Source: Turneriella sp.
Lineage (GTDB): Bacteria > Spirochaetota > Leptospiria > Turneriellales > Turneriellaceae
Direction: 5' to 3'
DNA: 64,000 nucleotides
Assembly (NCBI GenBank): GCA_965279515.1
Contig: CBDIID010000003.1
Span: forward strand, 2,720,001 to 2,784,000
Shown piece by piece: positions 46,980 to 56,795 of this stretch. Each line of letters opens with the position of its first letter. The stretch's first letter is position 1. The translations under genes and the position numbers were made by a program. The notes beneath the pieces were generated by a model that did not search any database, was not told the DNA's origin, and saw only the letters and a list, made by a program, of their open reading frames with translations.

Positions 46980-48139
46980 AAGCACATCTGTTGAATTTTG
47001 ACCCGACGCACTTTATGCGTAACCACTGGCAGCAAAAACCGCTCTTTGTGAAAAATGCGCTTGCCGCGGATTTTATCCAGCTGCGCCCCGCAGATTTGTT
47101 TAAGCTGGCGCACCGGCCTGAGGTGGAATCGCGATTCATCTCGCGGAAAAATGTGCGAAACCACTGGCGCTACCGCGCGGACGACGGCCCTTTTGAAAAA
47201 CACAAACTCGCCGCGTACAAAACAAAACCCAACTGGACATTGTTAGTGCAAAGAGTGAACGAGTGGCTGCCGCGCGTCGACTTATTCTTTGAATATTTCA
47301 AATTTATCGCGAACTGGCGCATCGATGATATCATGATCAGCTATGCGACACCCGGTGGAACCGTGGGCCCCCACCTCGACAATTACGACGTATTCCTATG
47401 CCAGCTTCAGGGCAACCGCACCTGGCAATATAGCCGTCGCGCATCTAAAGAAGAAAGACTTGAAACCGGCCAACCAGTGCGCCTGCTTACAGATTTCAAA
47501 AATGACTCTGTGGTCGTCGCTCGCCCGGGCGATATGCTCTATATCCCCCCGAAATTTGCGCATTACGGTATTGCTGACACTGAATCGATCACGGTTTCGG
47601 TCGGTTTTCGCGCTCCCCAGGTCAGGCAACTGATGGGTATCCTCCTGGATGGGGTCATGTCACAGTCAGGGGAACAATTCTATGGCGACAAAGGCGCAGG
47701 CATCGCGGGAAATCCCGGCCAATTGGATGAACAGGCGCTTAAGAAATTATTTTTGCTGGGAAAATCAGCTTTGGCATCGGGTACCCGGAACCTGAAAATG
47801 GAAACACTCAGCGATACTTTGCTGAGCGATCTGTCCGCCACGCCGAATGCACAGATTGCACGGCGAAAAAAAACCGCCTTAAGTGAGTTTAAATCACGTT
47901 GGCAGGGACAATCCCTGCAGCGCAACCCGCGGAACCAGTATTTTTACCGCGTGGGCCGCGGCGGCGTGATCTTATATGCGGCAGGCGAAAGTTTTACGCT
48001 ACCAGCAAGTCTTGAGGCCGCGGTCGCCGATTTTTGCAATACGCGGATTTTTACCTGCACACCCGCGCGACTCAAGACGCGCGCGCTGGCTTTTTGGCAT
48101 GAAATGTATGCGCTGGGTTTTGTATTTTTTCAGAAATGA
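46976..48139 (+). CDS. JmjC/cupin_4 hydroxylase (RoxA/YcfD-like)
   Basis: WRIDDIMISYA..GG.VGPHLDNYDVFL, PGDMLYIPP..AHYG. Confidence 0.88.
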   Translation: MKAHLLNFDPTHFMRNHWQQKPLFVKNALAADFIQLRPADLFKLAHRPEVESRFISRKNVRNHWRYRADDGPFEKHKLAAYKTKPNWTLLVQRVNEWLPRVDLFFEYFKFIANWRIDDIMISYATPGGTVGPHLDNYDVFLCQLQGNRTWQYSRRASKEERLETGQPVRLLTDFKNDSVVVARPGDMLYIPPKFAHYGIADTESITVSVGFRAPQVRQLMGILLDGVMSQSGEQFYGDKGAGIAGNPGQLDEQALKKLFLLGKSALASGTRNLKMETLSDTLLSDLSATPNAQIARRKKTALSEFKSRWQGQSLQRNPRNQYFYRVGRGGVILYAAGESFTLPASLEAAVADFCNTRIFTCTPARLKTRALAFWHEMYALGFVFFQK

Positions 48140-48585
48140 AATCCCGCATATACACGACAACATGGCAGCACGATGGCGCACGGCTGGGGGCTTTGAGACG
48201 GGAAGTTTTTGTCGTCGAACAGGAAGTTCCCGAAGAATTGGAATGGGATGAACATGATACGGCAGCAATTCACTTTGCCTGCGAAGATGGTTCGCCGGGT
48301 ATTATCATTGCTACTGCGCGTCTCGTCATCGATACAGAATCTAACAAGGCGACAATCGGCCGCCTTTGTGTGGAAAGTAAATTCAGACGTCAGAAGCTGG
48401 CAACGCGGTTGATGCAGACGATTCTACAATATTGTGAGGACCGAAAATTTAAGATCATCGAGCTGCATGCCCAGCTCTATCTGAAAGCGTTCTATGAAAG
48501 CTTCGGTTTTTTTTCCCGAGGTGGTATTTACCGGGAAGCGAATATCGAACACATAACGATGGTAATGCAGCACGGCGAATACTAA
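48136..48585 (+). CDS. GNAT acetyltransferase (ElaA/YjcF-like)
   Basis: LRREVFVVEQ, IGRLCV, LHAQ, FYESFGF. Confidence 0.88.
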   Translation: MKSRIYTTTWQHDGARLGALRREVFVVEQEVPEELEWDEHDTAAIHFACEDGSPGIIIATARLVIDTESNKATIGRLCVESKFRRQKLATRLMQTILQYCEDRKFKIIELHAQLYLKAFYESFGFFSRGGIYREANIEHITMVMQHGEY

Positions 48586-48589
48586 GTGA

Positions 48590-49267
48590 TTGAAAATGAA
48601 AAATAATTTAGTGACCAAACGAGCAACGGCAAAACTGAGCCTAAAAACTGAAGCCAAAGAAGTTCTCAAACGGAGTACCTTGAAAGCGGTACCCGAGGAT
48701 CTGCTCAATCTTCTTGTTGAGCGGGGAATATTTGCGGAATTCACCCAAGGATCAGTGATAAACCAGCCTGGTGACCCCATTCGTGTTGCGCTTGTTCTCT
48801 CCGGAACGTTAAGAATCTACTATGAACACGATGATGGCAGGCAGTTGACTATTTGCCGACTGGGTGAAGGCGATCTGGCCGGAGCCGTCTCCGTGGCCTC
48901 CAAGATGAATTCACTATACGTGGCGGCCGAAGGCCACGTGAAGTTTTGGATTATTCCGCCCGATATCCTTGAAGAAGTTCTTCGTAAATTTCCACTGGCT
49001 TACCGAGCTATGGTCGATGAACTCGGCAGACATCTGGATAGCGTAGTCCAGGAATGGATTCTATTCGCATTCTCATCGGTTGAAAACCGCATATTACATT
49101 GGCTGGCACAAGTGACGGACAAGCAACGCTATATCAGGATATCGCAACAAGCCCTGGCTGATGAAATTGGCACCGTGCGGGAGGTAGTGACAAGAGCGCT
49201 GCGGCGTTTAAAAAACGAAGGGAAAATTGTGTCCGATAAATTTGGCATCAAACTGCCTGACTTGTGA
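48590..49267 (+). CDS. Crp/Fnr family transcriptional regulator
   Basis: cNMP-like beta domain and HTH LADEIGTVREVVTR. Confidence 0.9.
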   Translation: MKMKNNLVTKRATAKLSLKTEAKEVLKRSTLKAVPEDLLNLLVERGIFAEFTQGSVINQPGDPIRVALVLSGTLRIYYEHDDGRQLTICRLGEGDLAGAVSVASKMNSLYVAAEGHVKFWIIPPDILEEVLRKFPLAYRAMVDELGRHLDSVVQEWILFAFSSVENRILHWLAQVTDKQRYIRISQQALADEIGTVREVVTRALRRLKNEGKIVSDKFGIKLPDL

Positions 49268-49278
49268 CTAAAGTCACA
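49263..49278. promoter_or_regulatory. CRP-type binding site TGTGA-N6-TCACA
   Basis: TGTGAC-TAAA-GTCACA palindrome overlapping the Crp/Fnr stop codon, upstream of the MBL gene. Confidence 0.8.
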
Positions 49279-49334
49279 TCCCCAGCGTGCTTACGGTCCT
49301 TGCGAAAGGGAAAAAAATATGCAACTTGCGGGGT

Positions 49335-50264
49335 ATGAAAAACAAACTTATTTTCACAACTCTCTTATTCACTTCATGTATCACGATGGGCGATCCGCCA
49401 CGTAAATCTGCGATGCTGCCAATGCAGCCTTCTCTTATTGAATGGCCGGAGGTTTTGAGGCGAAAAACACAGATTAACGATCTGCGGATTTTGAACACCG
49501 GGGCCGTGGAGGTTCCGTTATCCGGTATGCTGAATCTGAAAGATGCGCGAATGCAGGATGAAAAGGATCACCGTTTATTTGTCGATGTTTTGGCAATCTG
49601 GTTCTGCCACGCCGACCGCGGTTGCTTTCTGATCGATAGCGGACTTGACGAAAGTTTTCAACGCGGGGGTAATCTGCGCGGTTTGGTTTCCGGTAATTAC
49701 GTAAGTAGTACGAGGCAGGAAAAAGGTCAGGATATTTTTTCGCAACTGCAACAGATCCGTAAACCTCTGGCCGGTGTTTTTTTTACGCATCTTCACGGCG
49801 ATCACACCTCAGGCGTACCGGCACTGCCAAAGGGAATTGATTTCTACGTAGGGGCCGGAGAAAAATACATTAACTATTGGCTGCTCTACTATGGAAACCA
49901 CCTGGACGCGGTTGATAAGTTGTACGAAATAGATTCGGCCCAAGGTACAATATCGCCGATTCTGGGAAGAGTCGTGGATATTTTTGGCGATGGATCATTG
50001 TTTGCGATTCCAACGCCCGGGCATTCGAAGGCAAATCTTTCTTATCTGATGGTTACAGACCATGGCGCCTTTCTTTTCACCGGCGATGCCTCTCATACCT
50101 GCAGGGGCTTTACACTGGGCGTCGAACCAGGTTGGGCAGACGATCGCAAGCTTGCAATCGAGAGCCTGGAAAAGTTAAGGGCCTTCGCCAAATCATATCC
50201 AGAAGTGAAAGTAGTTTGCGGTCATGAAGATTCTGCTCTAAAACCAAATTGGCGTAGCAAATAG
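49335..50264 (+). CDS. MBL-fold metallohydrolase lipoprotein (AHL-lactonase-like)
   Basis: Lipobox LLFTSC; THLHGDH, TPGHS, TGDA, GHE. Confidence 0.85.
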   Translation: MKNKLIFTTLLFTSCITMGDPPRKSAMLPMQPSLIEWPEVLRRKTQINDLRILNTGAVEVPLSGMLNLKDARMQDEKDHRLFVDVLAIWFCHADRGCFLIDSGLDESFQRGGNLRGLVSGNYVSSTRQEKGQDIFSQLQQIRKPLAGVFFTHLHGDHTSGVPALPKGIDFYVGAGEKYINYWLLYYGNHLDAVDKLYEIDSAQGTISPILGRVVDIFGDGSLFAIPTPGHSKANLSYLMVTDHGAFLFTGDASHTCRGFTLGVEPGWADDRKLAIESLEKLRAFAKSYPEVKVVCGHEDSALKPNWRSK

Positions 50265-50343
50265 GCAGAGGAATGATAAAATGGCGGTAGTATTCGCGCG
50301 GAAATCCTGCCGTTAGTGCGCCGCGTAAGGTTTGAGCCTAAAA

Positions 50344-50754
50344 TCAAACATGGATAACAACCTGCGCCGCTGCCTTCTTTGGCAGGTGCGGGTTTTTGAC
50401 CCAAAGCGTTTTGAGGAATGCCTGTTTTTCCTTCTCGGGTAATTGCACGTCAAAAATCTTGCCGGTGGCACCGACCACAACGTGATCATGCTCTTCCGTA
50501 TTCGAGTCATAGAGCAACACATCACTGCGCGCCTGCACGGTTTTGAGAAGACCGTGCTCGACAAACAGGTTCAGTACGTTAAAAACAGTCGCACGGGAAA
50601 CACGGGAGAAATCCGCATTGACTTCTTTGAAAATCTCTTCGGCCGTAAAATGGCGGTGCTCGCCCAGCACATGCTTCGCAATCTCGAGCTTTTGCAGCGA
50701 GACGCGCAAACCCCGGGATTTGAGGAATTCGGCAATGTCTGCGGGCTTTTTCAT
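50344..50754 (-). CDS. Fur/PerR family transcriptional regulator
   Basis: HFTAEE, VSRATVFNVL, HDH; no C-terminal CxxC. Confidence 0.88.
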   Translation of the reverse strand: MKKPADIAEFLKSRGLRVSLQKLEIAKHVLGEHRHFTAEEIFKEVNADFSRVSRATVFNVLNLFVEHGLLKTVQARSDVLLYDSNTEEHDHVVVGATGKIFDVQLPEKEKQAFLKTLWVKNPHLPKKAAAQVVIHV

Positions 50755-50830
50755 GGTTTGCCTTCGATTTCAATATAATGCGATACTTAGAGTTTGTCTA
50801 TTTTTAGATGAATGGAGACCCTGATTCTGC

Positions 50831-51988
50831 TTGACGGTTCGCTGCTTCGTCTTTAAATCCGCCACTTTGTGGAAGTACCTTGCAGCGATCTTTTCGCTCG
50901 CCCTGTTGCCTCTCACCGCCGCGCCGACCGTCAAACGCCTGCTGATCCTGAACCCGGTGAATGAAGGCAGTGAGGCGAATTCCTATATCGGCCCGTCTCT
51001 GGCCGACGCCTTGCGCACGGGCCTCGCCGAAAACTACTTCTTTATACATCCCGAAGCGGATGCCATCGAAGCGGTGCGCAAAGAAAATCTGATCCAGGAC
51101 GAAGACCTCTACACCAAATCTGCAGCGCTGCAAATGGGCGCATGGCTCAGGCAAGATCTTGTGCTGGGCGGCAAATACTCTGTCGCCGGCAACCGGTTGA
51201 AACTCAACCTCACGCTTTACGAAATCGAGACCGAAAAGGCCCTCCTCACTTTCAAAAGTGAGACCGCCATTTCGGCGAAAATGTTTGATACCTTTGCGAA
51301 AATCGCCGCTGACCTCGGCAAACAGATGGCTGAGGCGCTGCCATCGCAACAAGATCTCGCGGCGTCGGGTGGCAGATTTTACGATCCGGAAAAAGGCAAG
51401 CGCACCCTGTTGCTGAGTTTTGGTACGCGCGCCGCGGGTTTTGCCAAGACGAATGACAATCTCTCTTCAGGCACGACGGTTTCGACAGCTGAAGCACTCC
51501 ACTTCAATGCTGAGTTTGCCTATCAGCGTCACAATGCGGGTGAAATACTGAACCGCAAATATAAATGGCCCGTATTTGTGCAGTTCAGCCTGAACGGCGG
51601 CTATGCGAAAAAAAATTATGCGCGCGACGGGCAAAGTGTGCCCACACGGGTCATAGCTATAGAAGGATTGCCTTCTTTGGGTTATGCCTTCTCCCTACCG
51701 AAGGGCATCCGTCTTGAGCCCTATGCGGGTGTCGGCTTTGGTTATTCGAATTATAACTTTGATTATTCGGGGCTTGCCCGCAAACCTGTCGATACCAGTG
51801 CTGCACAGAGCGTTTCGGCACAGACGCTCGAGCAGTTTTATTTTTTCTCTCAGGCGGGCCTGATCGCCAAGTATGCCATCACACCGCGTTGGGCGGTGGT
51901 GTTCGCCCCATCTTTTTCGCTGTTTCATTTTTCTGACGGCGTGCAGGCCGAGCTCAACGCGAAAATCGGGGCGGGGTGGTACTTTTGA
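50831..51988 (+). CDS. Outer-membrane protein: TolB-N/CsgG-like N-domain plus beta-barrel
   Basis: Signal peptide; LLILNPVN...YIGPSLADAL; amphipathic strands ending AKIGAGWYF. Confidence 0.7.
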   Translation: MTVRCFVFKSATLWKYLAAIFSLALLPLTAAPTVKRLLILNPVNEGSEANSYIGPSLADALRTGLAENYFFIHPEADAIEAVRKENLIQDEDLYTKSAALQMGAWLRQDLVLGGKYSVAGNRLKLNLTLYEIETEKALLTFKSETAISAKMFDTFAKIAADLGKQMAEALPSQQDLAASGGRFYDPEKGKRTLLLSFGTRAAGFAKTNDNLSSGTTVSTAEALHFNAEFAYQRHNAGEILNRKYKWPVFVQFSLNGGYAKKNYARDGQSVPTRVIAIEGLPSLGYAFSLPKGIRLEPYAGVGFGYSNYNFDYSGLARKPVDTSAAQSVSAQTLEQFYFFSQAGLIAKYAITPRWAVVFAPSFSLFHFSDGVQAELNAKIGAGWYF

Positions 51989-52920
51989 AAAAGGGATTGA
52001 TTCTGGTTCTGGCGGCAGCGGGATTTAGTGCGTGTATTGCACAAAAAACCGTGGGTGTCACATTCACCGAAAGCGGAAAGGGCGTCGGGATTTTTTCGGG
52101 CCAGGTGGATAAGACGGCTACTACGGCCACTACAACTTTAGGCTCGATGGTAAATTCCATAGGCTTGGCTGTTACTATCCTCGAATTCACAGTCAAAGAA
52201 AATGGATCAAAAGACGGCTATCCGCTTCAGATCAAAGAACTGCGTTTTACGAATACCGGCACGGCTGATACTTCCGACCTGCGCTTTGTGCTGGAAGGCC
52301 CGGGAAGCAACAATACAATCGGTACCAGCAGCGGTACGATAGTAACCTTTAAAGACTTTGGCGACATTATCGTAACTGACGGCGATACTACAGGAAAAAC
52401 CTATCAGGTGAAAGTGCATGTCCGTTCAAACATTGTCGGTTCCACGGCTGATAATAATACCATCGTCCTGAAGACTTCTCCGGTCACGGATTTTGACGTG
52501 GCTGAAACCTCTTCTAATTTTTTGCAAAGCGTCGCTTCTTTTCAGCAAAGCCCGGGAACGGCCGTCGATGTTGTCGCCACCACCGTCCAGTTCAAGGGAA
52601 CATTCAACTTCGGCAATGTCGCCGTGAGTGCAGCTTTTCCCGGAACACCCTCGGTCTATGCGACAGACGCCAATGGCAGAATCGACAAGAACTGGTCGAC
52701 GGCCATTGCGGTGATCGACAAACTAACCGATTGTGCCGGTGCCAACACCGACGCGCCGGGTACATTAACCAACGCTGGTGGTGGTGGACTTTCCCTGACG
52801 CCTACGCAGGGCGTGGTTACTTATACCGACTTACGCTATAACGCTACCGGCTCCATTCAGATCTATGCAACTTCGGCCGGGTTGATTGCGAATTGTTCGT
52901 CCATCATCACGTTACCCTAA
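51985..52920 (+). CDS. Lipoprotein with Ig-like beta-sandwich domains
   Basis: TTG start overlaps the OMP stop (TTGA); MKKGLILVLAAAGFSAC lipobox; Thr/Gly-rich, ATDANG motif. Confidence 0.75.
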   Translation: MKKGLILVLAAAGFSACIAQKTVGVTFTESGKGVGIFSGQVDKTATTATTTLGSMVNSIGLAVTILEFTVKENGSKDGYPLQIKELRFTNTGTADTSDLRFVLEGPGSNNTIGTSSGTIVTFKDFGDIIVTDGDTTGKTYQVKVHVRSNIVGSTADNNTIVLKTSPVTDFDVAETSSNFLQSVASFQQSPGTAVDVVATTVQFKGTFNFGNVAVSAAFPGTPSVYATDANGRIDKNWSTAIAVIDKLTDCAGANTDAPGTLTNAGGGGLSLTPTQGVVTYTDLRYNATGSIQIYATSAGLIANCSSIITLP

Positions 52921-53042
52921 GTCAGAACTTGTTCCGTCAGGGTGATTCGAACACCCGAGTACAAAAGCGGATGCCCCTATCGCCATGGATCGTTGCGAAT
53001 TCTTTACCGCATGACGACCAATGGCGTGGCATGCGAGACGCC

Positions 53043-53975
53043 ATGAAAATCATCATCCCCGGTGGCACAGGTCAGCTCGGTCAGGTGCTGCGCCGTGAGT
53101 TTGAAAGCACCGGTGACGAAGTCGTGATTCTCACACGCCGGCCGACCCGGCCCGGCGAAATCGAGTGGGATGGCAAAACGTTAGGCGCATGGCAACGTGA
53201 ACTCGATGGCAGCGACGTCGTGATAAACCTCGCAGGCCGCACGGTGAATTGCCGCTATACCCAAGAAAATCTCGCGCAGATGATGGACTCCCGCGTCGAT
53301 TCAACCCGCGTGGTGGGTGAAGCCATCCGCCTTGCGAAAAAGCCGCCGAAGCTGTGGCTGCAGATGAGCACCGCGACAATCTATGCGCATCGCTTCGATG
53401 CCGCGAACGATGAAGCGACGGGAATCATCGGCGGCAGCGAAGCCTGGGTGCCAGAGTACTGGGCATTCAGCGTCGAAATTGCGAAAGCATGGGAGCGCGA
53501 ACAGGAAAAAGCAAAGACACCTAAGACGCGCAAGGTCGCCATGCGCACGGCCATGGTCATGGCGCCGGGTAAGGGCGGAGTGTTTGACGTGCTCCACAAC
53601 ATGACACGCGGGGGTCTGGGCGGAGCGATCGGCGGTGGCAATCAATTTGTCTCATGGATTCATTATGCCGATTTCTGCGCGGCCGTTCGTTTCGTGATGG
53701 AAAAAAAGAAACTCGCAGGCGCGATCAATTTTACAGCGCCCAACCCGCTGCCGCAAAAGGAATTTATGCGCGAGCTGCGTACCGCTGCACATGTACCGAT
53801 CGGGTTACCCGCGACAAAATGGATGGCCGAGATCGGCGCCTTTTTTCTGCGCACCGACACCGAGCTCCTTCTCAAGAGCCGGCGCGTGGTGCCGACACGC
53901 CTTCTTAAGGAAGGATTTAGATTTGCCTTCAATGACTGGCACACCGCAGCCGCCGATCTGCTGAGCCGCAAATAA
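53043..53975 (+). CDS. TIGR01777 family NAD-dependent epimerase/oxidoreductase
   Basis: GGTGQLG, INLAG, SRVDST, SWIH, SRRVVP. Confidence 0.9.
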   Translation: MKIIIPGGTGQLGQVLRREFESTGDEVVILTRRPTRPGEIEWDGKTLGAWQRELDGSDVVINLAGRTVNCRYTQENLAQMMDSRVDSTRVVGEAIRLAKKPPKLWLQMSTATIYAHRFDAANDEATGIIGGSEAWVPEYWAFSVEIAKAWEREQEKAKTPKTRKVAMRTAMVMAPGKGGVFDVLHNMTRGGLGGAIGGGNQFVSWIHYADFCAAVRFVMEKKKLAGAINFTAPNPLPQKEFMRELRTAAHVPIGLPATKWMAEIGAFFLRTDTELLLKSRRVVPTRLLKEGFRFAFNDWHTAAADLLSRK

Positions 53976-53980
53976 AGCCC

Positions 53981-55759
53981 ATGGTGCGCCATACTTCTCT
54001 AATACTGCTCATCGCTGCGGGTACATCTTGCTTTTTTACGCGTAACCCTGCATCTAACCCGAACCAGCTGTTCATAACCGATGCCGCCGAACTCAAAGCT
54101 CTTGAGGACCAGGGATTCGGTTTTTCTGAGCTCGTCTTCGCCTCCAAAAAACTTTTAGCCACGAATAAGCAGCTATACCAGGTATCTGCATACAAGGAAA
54201 TCAGCGACAGTCTCTCCACTGATCTGAAAAATCTGCCAAAGGCGGATAAACTTTTGGGCGTGGGCATGGCTTATTCGCACAGGCTTTTCAACCCCGACTG
54301 GCTCGCCGCAGAATCTGCTTTCTATGAACTTGTCGGCATCGTCGCGCGGCTCGACCGCGCACCATTTCAAGCACAGAGCTGCGGCGAGATCCGTGTTATC
54401 TATCGGCTTGCCTACCGTACGCGCAGCGGCAAAAGTACTATTTATTCTCGCCTGCCGATGACTGTGAATGCGGTCTTCTGGGCCAAAGACGAAAACAACA
54501 GTTCCAACGATTGTCGTAAGGTTGCGGCCTATTGGCAAAACCTGTCGGGAAATTTGCCACGGAATCGGTCGGCTCTGACAGCCGCAAGTCTCAAATCCAT
54601 CGAAGTCAATATGCAGTCCGTGCGCTGGCCTTCCACCGTGCGGCCCGATTTTGGCGGTTATGCAGAATATTTTCTGCGCGTGTTTAAGAAAACAGGAGGG
54701 AAGTATAAACCGGCTGCTCTCGAGAATACTCCGGATGTCAAAAAAATCCAGGGCAGTGCGCAACTAAAAGACGAGATGCTCACCTGGATTTCGCAGAATC
54801 TTACTGCCATCGATCAGGGTATTGCAGTTCTACCCGATAAATTTCTTACCCGAAAAACAACATCGGTTGCGCTCAATGGATCAGGGCGCCTCGCGAATTT
54901 GCCGTTCCGGCAGATTTTCAGCGAAACGGAAATAGAGCCTTTGGCAAAAGCTGGAAAATACACGGCCTCGGCGGCTTGGCTCTTGCGGCGCCTCGACGAT
55001 ATGACCTGCAGTGGCTGTCACCAGGGCCGTGCCGTCGCGGGTTTTCATTTCACGGGCGCCGATCGCCCGGAAACCGACACCGTGAATTCGATCTTCAATG
55101 CCGCATCGCCGCACTTCTTTGCCGATCAAGGAAGACGTCAGCATTATGCCGACGCATTGCTGCAAAAAAAACCTGCCGATAATTACCGCGAGATTTCACT
55201 GCGCAGCGATCATGAAGCCGGTGTGTTCGGTTCTGTTTGTGAAACGGGAGATAGGGCTTTACCTAAGTTCGGCTGCAATGCCGGTTTTGCATGCCTGCCC
55301 CTGAACAGAGACGAAAAAATTCATAACCTGGGTATTTGTCAGCCGGTAACCACGCTCGCAGGTTCCGCGTGTACGAATGGCCAGCCCATCGCGGATATCC
55401 ATCCGCATAAAGATAGAATTACCAGGAGCAAAAATCTCTCTTGCAACAAGGGTTACCGCTGCCAAAATGTACCGGTGGGTTTTCCCGGTGGCATGTGTTC
55501 CAATAATTGCAGTTCACTTAAAGAGGGAGAAATCTGTGGCAGCATCGCTAACTTGCAGGGCTTCAACGATTGCCTCGCGCGCACCGAGCCGTTCGCGACC
55601 TGCCTTTCAGGCAACGTCAGGCCGGGTGCCTTGAAGGCCTGCGATCAAAACAATGCCTGCCGGCCCGACTATATCTGCGCGAGAATTTCAGGGAATAAAG
55701 GCGGATGCATACCGCCTTATTTTCTTTTTCAGTTACGCGTCGATGGCCACAACTTTTGA
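53981..55759 (+). CDS. Hypothetical lipoprotein with one CxxCH motif and a Cys-rich C-terminus
   Basis: Lipobox AAGTSC; CSGCH; 16 Cys in the C-terminal region. Confidence 0.75.
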   Translation: MVRHTSLILLIAAGTSCFFTRNPASNPNQLFITDAAELKALEDQGFGFSELVFASKKLLATNKQLYQVSAYKEISDSLSTDLKNLPKADKLLGVGMAYSHRLFNPDWLAAESAFYELVGIVARLDRAPFQAQSCGEIRVIYRLAYRTRSGKSTIYSRLPMTVNAVFWAKDENNSSNDCRKVAAYWQNLSGNLPRNRSALTAASLKSIEVNMQSVRWPSTVRPDFGGYAEYFLRVFKKTGGKYKPAALENTPDVKKIQGSAQLKDEMLTWISQNLTAIDQGIAVLPDKFLTRKTTSVALNGSGRLANLPFRQIFSETEIEPLAKAGKYTASAAWLLRRLDDMTCSGCHQGRAVAGFHFTGADRPETDTVNSIFNAASPHFFADQGRRQHYADALLQKKPADNYREISLRSDHEAGVFGSVCETGDRALPKFGCNAGFACLPLNRDEKIHNLGICQPVTTLAGSACTNGQPIADIHPHKDRITRSKNLSCNKGYRCQNVPVGFPGGMCSNNCSSLKEGEICGSIANLQGFNDCLARTEPFATCLSGNVRPGALKACDQNNACRPDYICARISGNKGGCIPPYFLFQLRVDGHNF

Positions 55760-55761
55760 GA

Positions 55762-56694
55762 TCAAAACTCCGTAGCGATGATGACCCCGTAAACACCGCG
55801 GATGACCTGCGTGATCTTTTCATAATCCAGCGTATCGGGAGTATCTGTTGCCTCATGGTAGTTGTGGTTACGCATGAAGGCGGTGTCGGTCACCATCGCT
55901 GCATTCCAGCCCTGCGCCCAGTAGTTGAGATGGTCTGAAAAATCGACGCCGGTAACAAAAGACGGGGCCGCAAGGGTAATGATTTTGAGCGGTGAATGTT
56001 TCTGAAAATTTTTCTTGAAGCCGCTCAGTAAATCGCTGTCAGCCTGACGCCCAACGGCGGCGATAAAATTCCCTTCGCCGGGATAAAACCAACTGAGTCC
56101 GGGCGGGTAACTCTGAGATCCCTTCTTATCGGAATAATAGCCGATGGTTTCTAGCGACAGCATATACTTTACCCTCGCCCCTTTATCTTTCAGCGAGCGT
56201 GCATGCACCGCGCTGCCCATGAACTTTGTACGAAAATACGGGGGCTCCTCCAGTGAATAAAACACCAGTTCGTAGTTGTAGCGGAGCGCAGCCTTGTTCT
56301 CGGAAAGATATTTTGCCAAAAGCAATAATCCCGCAACGCCGCTGGCGTTGTCGTCGGCGCCCGGCTGGTCACCGCAGACATCGTAGTGGGCACCAATCAC
56401 GATAATCTCAGCACTCTGTGGGCCGATGTTCGCCACCAGATTGCGGTAGATGCGATTATCCACCTTATAATCCTGAGTGCGGATGGTTTTCGTAAACGGC
56501 CGCAATTCACGGTTGATATATTTTACTGCTTTTTCGAGCGATTCTATGTTCCGGTGGTTACGCGGTGGTTGAATCGAAGAGAGGGCAGCGACGTGCCGCT
56601 TCACTAGCGCCATATCTTCGACCGGCGAGGCCTCCAGCGAACCTAAGAGCGTGACAGAAATAAGCGCTCCAACGAAACACGAGGCCTTGCGCAT
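55762..56694 (-). CDS. M28 family metallopeptidase
   Basis: GAHYD, GADDNASG, LEEP, SDH, YH...D. Confidence 0.9.
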   Translation of the reverse strand: MRKASCFVGALISVTLLGSLEASPVEDMALVKRHVAALSSIQPPRNHRNIESLEKAVKYINRELRPFTKTIRTQDYKVDNRIYRNLVANIGPQSAEIIVIGAHYDVCGDQPGADDNASGVAGLLLLAKYLSENKAALRYNYELVFYSLEEPPYFRTKFMGSAVHARSLKDKGARVKYMLSLETIGYYSDKKGSQSYPPGLSWFYPGEGNFIAAVGRQADSDLLSGFKKNFQKHSPLKIITLAAPSFVTGVDFSDHLNYWAQGWNAAMVTDTAFMRNHNYHEATDTPDTLDYEKITQVIRGVYGVIIATEF

Positions 56695-56795
56695 GCGAAC
56701 TTAACGGCATAAAGGATAGCGAAGCGTCAAGTGCCATTTGCCTAAATTCCGATTGACGGAACGCGGCGGTGGATATCCCGCTGACTGCCTACTCC

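Noticed and set aside
50265..50343. GTTAGTG/CACTAAC as a possible attC core (also GTTAGCC at 40015)
   Set aside because: I could not find the complementary partner box or an attC-like hairpin.
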